Assembly (NCBI GenBank): GCA_030430565.1 | Contig: JAUIKS010000004.1 | Span: forward strand, 461,992 to 473,707 | From: Polyangia bacterium | Lineage (GTDB): Bacteria > Myxococcota_A > Polyangia > Nannocystales > Nannocystaceae | Length of the DNA: 11,716 bases | Direction of reading: 5' to 3' | Part shown: positions 7,801-11,716 of the stretch, piece by piece | How the letters are laid out: each line of letters opens with the position of its first letter | Numbering within the stretch: the stretch's first letter is position 1 | Position numbers and translations under genes: made by a program | The notes under the pieces: model-generated | The model's database searches: none | What the model saw: only the letters and a program-made list of their open reading frames with translations | Told to the model about the DNA's origin: nothing

Positions 7801-10198
7801 GATCTTCGCCGAGCCCGCCGATCATCCGGGCCTGCAGCGCGGCGGCGAGGAACTGGTACGCGTGCTCCGGCGCGTGCGTTCGCAGGGCCAGCGCGCCGGC
7901 GGCTCGGTTGGTCTCGAAGGCGCGACGCGCCGTCTCACGATCAAGCGCCTCGGCGTAGTGTCGGGCCCGCGCGAACAGCTGCGCCGCCGTCAGCGTCGGG
8001 ACCTCGTCGAGCGTCAGCGCGATCCGTAGGTGGCACGCGCGGCGCTGCGCGCCCGAGAGCTCCGCCAGCAGCGCCGCGCGGATGCTCGGGTGCACGAAGC
8101 TGTACTCGTCGCCGTGCACGCGCTCGATCACGCCGACCGCGTTGGCGTTCTCGAACGCGCGCACGACCTTGTCTGCGTCGCGCTCGATGATCGAGGGCAG
8201 GTGGGCGAGCGAGAAGCGCGGCCCGACCACCGCCGCCCAGCGCAGCACCTCGCGATCGCTGGCCGCGATATCGCTGAGCCTGTGCAGCACCAGCGCCGCC
8301 ATATCGCCTGGCAGCCCGAGCTCTGGGAGCCGCGCGGCGTCGAGCTCCCATCGCCCCCAGGACGGTCTGAGGACGCCGGCGGAGAGCATCGTGCGGACGC
8401 ACTCGACGATCGTCTCGGGCTGCTCGCCGCTGCGCGCCAGGACCGCGCGAACGATCGACTCGTCGACCGGCGCGCGACCCAGGGAGTCGACGATCACCCG
8501 ACGCGCGGCCGAGAGCGCCAGGGGCCGCAGCAATATCTCGGCGGGCAGCTCGGCGTCGCGCGGGCGCGGCGGGTCGCTCGCGCGCGACGACTGTCGCGTG
8601 GTGCAGACCAGCAGCAGCGGCGGCGGGCTCCGGTCGTCGAGTCGACGCCGCAGCGCGGTCACGACCTCGCGGCTCGCCTCGTCGAGCCACTGGACATCCT
8701 CGAGCACGAGCAGGACCGGACCGCCGATCTCGGAGAGCGCATGCAGCACGCGCTCGAGCGCGAAGACCTGCTCCGCGTTGTGTCCGTCCCGCGTGCCCGC
8801 GCTCGCGGTCGAGACCCCGAGCAGCCCCGCGAGCCGCGGCGAGAGCTTGGCGAGCGCCGCGCGGCTGTCGCCCGCCGCGGTGCGGATGAGGCCGCGGCGC
8901 GCGACGATCGCCGAGCGCCCTCCCGCCGAGTCGCTCATGAAGCCGACGAGCGCCTGCACGAGCGGCGCGAACGCGAGGTTGAGCTCCTCGTCACAGCGCC
9001 CGCGCAGGACGATCGCGCGGGTCGACGCGCCCGCGCGCTCGATCAGGCCGGCGCACAGCGGGTGGGCCCCGGCGCCGGGCGGCCCCGTGAGCACCACAAA
9101 CGATCCGCGCCCCTCGAGCGCCGCTCGCCAGCGATCGAGCAGCCCGACCAGCTCTGGCTCCCGCGCGCGCAGGAGCGGGCTGAGGTCGTCACCCCGCGGT
9201 GCCGAGAGCGCCCCGAGCGGCGGATCGACGCGCTCCTCGACGAGCTCCGCGGGCGCGGGCGCGTCGTCGTCGCGCGCGCTCGGATACACGTCGAGCTGGC
9301 GCGTGAGCGCGTCGACGCGATCGAGATCCGCGAGCAGCGACGCGGCCGCCTGGTAGCGCTCCTCCGGGTCCTTGCGCAGCAACCTCATGATGATCGCGGC
9401 GAGGCCCGAGGGGATCGCCGGGTTGCGCGCGCGCGGGTCCTCGGGGCGCACGGCCGCGTGCATGTGCAGCAGGCTCCCGACATCCTCCGCGACGAAGGGC
9501 GGTCGCCCCGTCGCGCACTCGTACAGCAGCGCGCCGAGGGCGTACAGATCGGCGCGACCGTCGACCGGTCGACGCAGGATCCCGGTCTGCTCCGGCGCGC
9601 TGTAGGTGAACGTTCCGACAGGTCGGCTGCGGGCCTTCGAATCACCCCAGCCGCTCGGATCCCGCGACCACAGCTCGGCGAAGCCAAAGTCGATCAGCTT
9701 GACCGCGCCGCCGGTGTCGATCAGCACGTTGCTCGGCTTGAGATCTCGGTGGACGAGCCCGCGTCGCCACACGTGGTCGAGGACCTCGGCGACGGCGTGC
9801 CCGATCGCGATCACGCGCGGGCAGGGCATCGCGCCGCCGCGAGCCGCGAGCGCGGACGCGAGCGAGCGCCCCTCGATGAATTCCATGACGATGTACGGCC
9901 GCCCGACGTGCTCGCCGACCTCGTAGATCTTCGCGAGGCCTCGGTGATTCAAGCTCGCCAGCAGCGCGGCCTCGCGAACGACGCGCTGCCGCAGCGCCTC
10001 CGCCGAGACGTGCGGGGCCGGCGTGAACAGCTTGACCGCGACGAGCTGCGGACCGGCCTCGTCGTCAGCGTCGCTGACTTCGCGCTCGACCCGTCGGCGG
10101 CCGCGGAACACGAGGCTCGCCGCGCCCTGTCCGACCGAGCGCTCGAGCTCTATCCCGGGGATGTCGAGATGTGGCTGCATGTGCAACGAACGACCCAC
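4835..10198 (-). CDS. Cytoplasmic multi-domain signalling protein, 1787 aa. Domain order: Ser/Thr protein kinase, STAND/AAA_16-like NTPase, TPR/MalT-like helical region, GAF, histidine kinase (HisKA + HATPase_c). This is a hybrid eukaryotic-like kinase and two-component sensor kinase (a multi-sensor signal transduction multi-kinase).
   Basis: Track ORF 4835..10198. I read all the motifs from the translation. It starts at GTG 10198, with an alternative ATG at 10180. No hydrophobic transmembrane segments are evident. Confidence 0.85.
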   Translation of the reverse strand: MGRSLHMQPHLDIPGIELERSVGQGAASLVFRGRRRVEREVSDADDEAGPQLVAVKLFTPAPHVSAEALRQRVVREAALLASLNHRGLAKIYEVGEHVGRPYIVMEFIEGRSLASALAARGGAMPCPRVIAIGHAVAEVLDHVWRRGLVHRDLKPSNVLIDTGGAVKLIDFGFAELWSRDPSGWGDSKARSRPVGTFTYSAPEQTGILRRPVDGRADLYALGALLYECATGRPPFVAEDVGSLLHMHAAVRPEDPRARNPAIPSGLAAIIMRLLRKDPEERYQAAASLLADLDRVDALTRQLDVYPSARDDDAPAPAELVEERVDPPLGALSAPRGDDLSPLLRAREPELVGLLDRWRAALEGRGSFVVLTGPPGAGAHPLCAGLIERAGASTRAIVLRGRCDEELNLAFAPLVQALVGFMSDSAGGRSAIVARRGLIRTAAGDSRAALAKLSPRLAGLLGVSTASAGTRDGHNAEQVFALERVLHALSEIGGPVLLVLEDVQWLDEASREVVTALRRRLDDRSPPPLLLVCTTRQSSRASDPPRPRDAELPAEILLRPLALSAARRVIVDSLGRAPVDESIVRAVLARSGEQPETIVECVRTMLSAGVLRPSWGRWELDAARLPELGLPGDMAALVLHRLSDIAASDREVLRWAAVVGPRFSLAHLPSIIERDADKVVRAFENANAVGVIERVHGDEYSFVHPSIRAALLAELSGAQRRACHLRIALTLDEVPTLTAAQLFARARHYAEALDRETARRAFETNRAAGALALRTHAPEHAYQFLAAALQARMIGGLGEDLDLYETLGDVCQRTYRYRQAEAHFRHLLERRERPAARAKVCAKLASVHAAAPDVAAARAVVKRGLEELEPEERAGESAGLRGAVGRLRRSVERAAASRLGAAGERREGLVAGVSLRRWASELDRAELDLDRALSRIKRALASARALGDGPDRVRLENAAARAWAAHGYIGRAEELNERAQVGAARLDDPALVGESLLTGALLREHAGDPLGAASQVERALADYGARVDPWLASEGYVTLGWNLILRGHVRRARSFMLRAGRRCAGAGLRTRTRPPRAGVASMVAACEALLGRSAESRERFELAHERLVDHDVGRTLRALHSLMRALVFVEDGAFTGALELEGVLIRALESAGLPVERTPLLLRPMWLLRARQRLTLLEAALDRAGDRARNQERVQLREELDRALEDLGPNARGLPALRCQQRVLVAARLRLDGAREGAASDAFARAVELLGRAQSTAFVIDSPWAQFEVHRERARLLATMGHAAAARREAGAALQLAHHEGWAPRARRIRAEFELADPALQVRGDIGLSSSSLTSGGGVRDGGVTSEEVAPAPGQLLRQRSSGGAGALDRCFDALLEVSRTAVARGSGGVGAQARRLLDALISAMGAERALLFVSEDESSDRGGGYLRRIAGRDSRGRDLDRDDRYCTTVIEHVVATRAVKVVGGSDDSEFTGSESVEALGLKSIVCAPLLVQDRLIGVVYLDNRLVRGLFAPEDRRLLVAMCNHIAIALESSRMNRFMRATRDEALEASRLKSAFLTHMSHELRTPLNAVIGYSEILAEDLATRAPDALPDLARIGDAGKRLLELISDVLDLAKLESGKLELHRARFEIRPLVDELVASVADELERNNNDLQVTCPPSIGALYSDRASVLRVLRAVLGNAAKFTHRGVIELDVRWHAKQGGKQLACEIRDSGIGMSPDDVGRLFTEFSQADMSTTREYGGAGLGLAISQRLCALLGGSIHVESQQGRGSTFTVVLPDSDPPRAQQAV
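4859..5566 (-). other. Histidine kinase core: HisKA dimerisation/phosphoacceptor domain (~5354-5566) plus HATPase_c (~4859-5236).
   Basis: H-box FLTHMSHELRTPLNAVIGYSEIL, with the phosphoacceptor His codon at ~5516-5518. N-box VLRAVLGNAAKFT. G1 box IRDSGIGM. F-like box LFTEF. G2 box GGAGLGLAIS. All are intact. Confidence 0.85.
5603..6106 (-). other. GAF domain (residues ~1365-1532).
   Basis: ...LKSIVCAPLLVQDRLIGVVYLDNRLVRGLFAPEDRRLLVAMCNHIAIALESS is a typical GAF C-terminal beta-strand and helix signature, directly preceding the HisKA helix. Confidence 0.65.
6239..8578 (-). other. Long alpha-helical, Ala/Arg/Leu-rich region (residues ~541-1320) of the TPR/MalT-like type that follows AAA_16 modules. 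It ends in a Ser/Gly-rich flexible linker.
   Basis: Composition and heptad-like helical periodicity. The position matches the helical sensor or scaffold arm of PknK/MalT-like STAND proteins. No specific repeats could be assigned without profile searches. Confidence 0.45.
8579..9151 (-). other. STAND/AAA_16-like NTPase module (residues ~350-540) with a degenerate Walker A and an intact Walker B.
   Basis: The P-loop position reads GPPGAGAHP (residues 372-380; the DNA at ~9059-9085 translates cleanly to this). That is GxxGxG followed by Ala-His instead of Lys-Ser/Thr. Walker B is hhhhD/E-like: PVLLVLEDVQWLDEAS. Confidence 0.7.
9323..10153 (-). other. Hanks-type Ser/Thr protein kinase catalytic domain (residues ~16-292 of the 1787-aa protein).
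   Basis: Gly-rich loop VGQGAASLVF, VAVK (beta3 Lys56), HRDLKPSN catalytic loop, DFG and SAPE motifs are all intact. This predicts an active kinase. Confidence 0.85.
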
Positions 10199-10505
10199 GC
10201 GGGGTCAAGCGTAACAAAGGCGCGGGGTCGTCGGGGGGGCGGCGCGACTCCGAGCCGGCCCCGCTTCGCCGCTCCTGTGCACAGCCCCCCACGATGACGC
10301 ACGCGCACATACACCGATTCCAATCCGTAGAGTCTTCGTCCTGCGGCGCGTGCGTGCATTGACCGCGGCGAGCGACGAACGACGATCGACCGGCGCGCGT
10401 CCTCGCGCGCTCGCGCGGGTTGGCCCCCGCGAGCGGACCTGAGCCGGCGCCCGCGAACTAACGCGAACACGATGGCGGGAGCCGTCGCGCGCTGGTTCGA
10501 AACAC

Positions 10506-10535
10506 GAAGCGCCGCCCGGAGAGGGCGGCGCTTCG
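10506..10535 (-). terminator. Probable intrinsic terminator hairpin for the upstream (acidic repeat protein) gene: 12-bp perfect stem GAAGCGCCGCCC / GGGCGGCGCTTC with a 6-nt loop GGAGAG.
   Basis: Perfect inverted repeat read from the sequence, ~26 nt downstream of the TGA at 10561-10563. On the minus-strand RNA it is followed by GUGUUUCGAACC, a short U-run. It separates the acidic gene from the kinase gene, which then needs its own promoter in 10199-10505. Confidence 0.5.
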
Positions 10536-10560
10536 AGGTCTCAGGCTCGGAGGCGACCGA

Positions 10561-11716
10561 TCAGTCGTCGGAGTCTCCGTCACCCGCCGGCGGCTCGGTC
10601 CCGAACACGAGTCGGTACGCGAAGGAGCCCGCCACGAGCCGGCTCGCCGCCTTCGCCAAGACCGCGACTTGATCGGCGGCGGCGGCGTCCTTCGACGCCG
10701 TGCCGATCATCCCGAGGATATGGCGGTACGCGTTCAACAACGTCTCGCGCGTTGAGTCCGCCGGAATCTCGACCGGCGTTTCCGGGTGGCTCGGCTCGTA
10801 GGCCTCGTCGGCAGGAGCTTCCTCGCCGCCACCTTCGTCCGCTGCGTCGTCGCCCGCAGCCTCGTCACCCGCATCAGCGTCGTCGCCGGCATCGTCCCCG
10901 GCTTCGTCGTCACCGGCGGCTTCGTCACCGCTGTCAGCGTCGTCGCCGGCGGCTTCGTCACCGGTGGCTTCGTCACCGCTGTCAGCATCATCGCCGGCGG
11001 CTTCGTCCCCGGCGGCGTCATCACCCGCATCAGCGTCATCGCCGGCGGCTTCGTCACCGGCGTCCGCATCGTCACCAGCAGCGTCGTCGCCCGCGTCCGC
11101 GTCGTCGACCGCGTCCGCGTCGTCACCGGCGGCTTCGTCGCCGGCGTCCGCATCGTCACCCGCCGCGTCGTCGCCCGCGTTCGCGACATCACCAGCGGCT
11201 TCGTCGCCGGCGTCCGCGTCGTCACCCGCCGCGTCGTCGCCCGCGTTCGCGTCATCACCAGCGACTTCGTCGCCGGCGTCCGCATCGTCGTCACCCGCGT
11301 CGTCACCCGCGTCGTCACCGGCGGCTTCGTCACCGGCGTCCGCGTCGTCGCCGGCAGCGTCGTCGCCCGCGTCAACATCGTCACCGGCGGCTTCGTCATC
11401 GCCGTCCGCGTCATCGCCAGCGGCGTCGTCGCCCGCGTCGTCACCGGCGGCTTCGTCACCGTCTGCATCGTCACCGGCAGCGTCGTCACCGGCGTCCGCA
11501 GCATCGCCGGCAGCGTCGTCACCGGCGGCTTCGTCACCGGCGTCCGCATCGTCGCCGGCAGCGTCGTCACCGGCGGCGTCGTCGCCTGCGGCTTCGTCAC
11601 CGGCGTCCGCATCGTCGCCGGCAGCGTTGTCGCCCGCGTCGGCGTCGTCGCCTGGGGCTTCGTCACCGGCGTCCGCGTCGTCGCCGGCAGCGTCGTCACC
11701 TGCGTCGGCGACGACG
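10561..11716 (-). CDS. 3' part of a gene for a highly acidic Asp/Ala/Gly/Glu tandem-repeat protein. The 16-aa units resemble AGDDADAGDEAAGDDA. A non-repetitive C-terminal tail follows: ...EEAPADEAYEPSHPETPVEIPADSTRETLLNAYRHILGMIGTASKDAAAADQVAVLAKAASRLVAGSFAYRLVFGTEPPAGDGDSDD*. The N-terminus lies beyond the window end.
   Basis: The minus-strand frame ending at TGA 10561-10563 is open to the window edge with no in-frame stop. Its tail has protein-like composition and GC3 of ~85%. The terminator hairpin follows 26 nt after this stop. The track does not list it because it has no in-window start. The track's 10734..11699 minus ORF is a different frame of the same repeat (Thr/Pro/Arg-rich, ending in RKRRSRFRRTQRARRC) and is the competing interpretation. 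Confidence 0.5.
   Translation of the reverse strand, partial: VVADAGDDAAGDDADAGDEAPGDDADAGDNAAGDDADAGDEAAGDDAAGDDAAGDDADAGDEAAGDDAAGDAADAGDDAAGDDADGDEAAGDDAGDDAAGDDADGDDEAAGDDVDAGDDAAGDDADAGDEAAGDDAGDDAGDDDADAGDEVAGDDANAGDDAAGDDADAGDEAAGDVANAGDDAAGDDADAGDEAAGDDADAVDDADAGDDAAGDDADAGDEAAGDDADAGDDAAGDEAAGDDADSGDEATGDEAAGDDADSGDEAAGDDEAGDDAGDDADAGDEAAGDDAADEGGGEEAPADEAYEPSHPETPVEIPADSTRETLLNAYRHILGMIGTASKDAAAADQVAVLAKAASRLVAGSFAYRLVFGTEPPAGDGDSDD
10840..11716. repeat. Imperfect 48-bp tandem repeat array, at least 18 units, continuing past the window end. The unit resembles GTCGTCACCGGCGGCTTCGTCACCGGCGTCCGCATCGTCGCCGGCAGC.
   Basis: Read directly from the sequence. The period is a multiple of 3, so all six frames are nearly stop-free across it. 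Confidence 0.75.

Noticed and set aside
4835-10198. Interpretation of the kinase-STAND protein as an antiviral STAND (Avs-like) or BREX PglW-like defence gene
   Set aside because: There is no nuclease, TIR, Sir2 or other effector domain, and no methyltransferase or phosphatase (Pgl/BREX) neighbours. The Walker A is degenerate. The flanks are housekeeping-type (SOS mutasome) rather than a defence island. I cannot exclude it, but nothing in the sequence supports it.
4745-10297. Large plus-strand ORFs 4745..6673 (642 aa), 6842..7801 (319 aa) and 8030..10297 (755 aa), plus many smaller ones inside the kinase gene
   Set aside because: They are antisense to a 1787-aa ORF that carries unambiguous kinase, GAF and HK motifs along its whole length. 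None has recognisable domains.
10199-10505. Sigma54 promoter or Cheo-box/LexA site upstream of the kinase gene
   Set aside because: The TGGC-containing stretches (ttggcccccgcgagcgg, gatggcgggagccgtcgcg) lack the TTGC element at the right spacing. The GAAC...GTTC pair is ~40 nt apart, which does not fit a Cheo box.
10472-10672. 66-aa plus-strand ORF spanning the terminator hairpin
   Set aside because: It reads through the hairpin and the acidic gene's 3' end. It is Arg/Ser-rich with no start context, so it is an artefact.

Overview
This is an ~11.7 kb window with very high GC content (roughly 70% or more). Codon usage, GTG starts and the eukaryotic-type Ser/Thr kinase fused to a histidine kinase suggest a Myxococcota-like (or other high-GC) bacterium, but that is inference. 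Every gene I can support lies on the minus strand; the large plus-strand ORFs in the track are antisense or out-of-frame artefacts typical of GC-rich DNA. Reading in the direction of transcription (high to low coordinates):
- (1) 10561..11716: the 3' part of a gene whose product is an extremely acidic Asp/Ala/Gly/Glu tandem-repeat protein (48-bp, 16-aa period) ending in a non-repetitive ~60-aa C-terminal tail.
- (2) 10506..10535: a strong hairpin just downstream of that stop, a probable terminator.
- (3) 4835..10198: a 1787-aa cytoplasmic multi-kinase with the domain order Hanks-type Ser/Thr kinase, STAND/AAA-like NTPase, long TPR/MalT-like helical region, GAF, HisKA and HATPase_c. No receiver domain or partner response regulator is present in the window.
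- (4) ~4560..4790: an AT-rich intergenic island. It holds a 20-bp CTG-N10-CAG palindrome sitting exactly between a candidate -35 and -10, which I read as a LexA-type SOS operator for the downstream operon.
- (5) The SOS mutagenesis cassette imuA (3755..4555), imuB (1954..3663) and dnaE2/imuC (starts at GTG 1920 and runs off the window start).
The points most worth a second look:
- The architecture of the giant kinase and the lysine-less Walker A motif (GPPGAGAH) in its NTPase module.
- The acidic repeat protein: its lower GC3, and the frame ambiguity against the track ORF 10734..11699.
- The gammaproteobacterial-style SOS box inside the imuA promoter.
- A 12-bp tandem microrepeat in the imuA-imuB junction.
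I trust the ORF track for frames. My single-base coordinates for short motifs may be off by 1 or 2.
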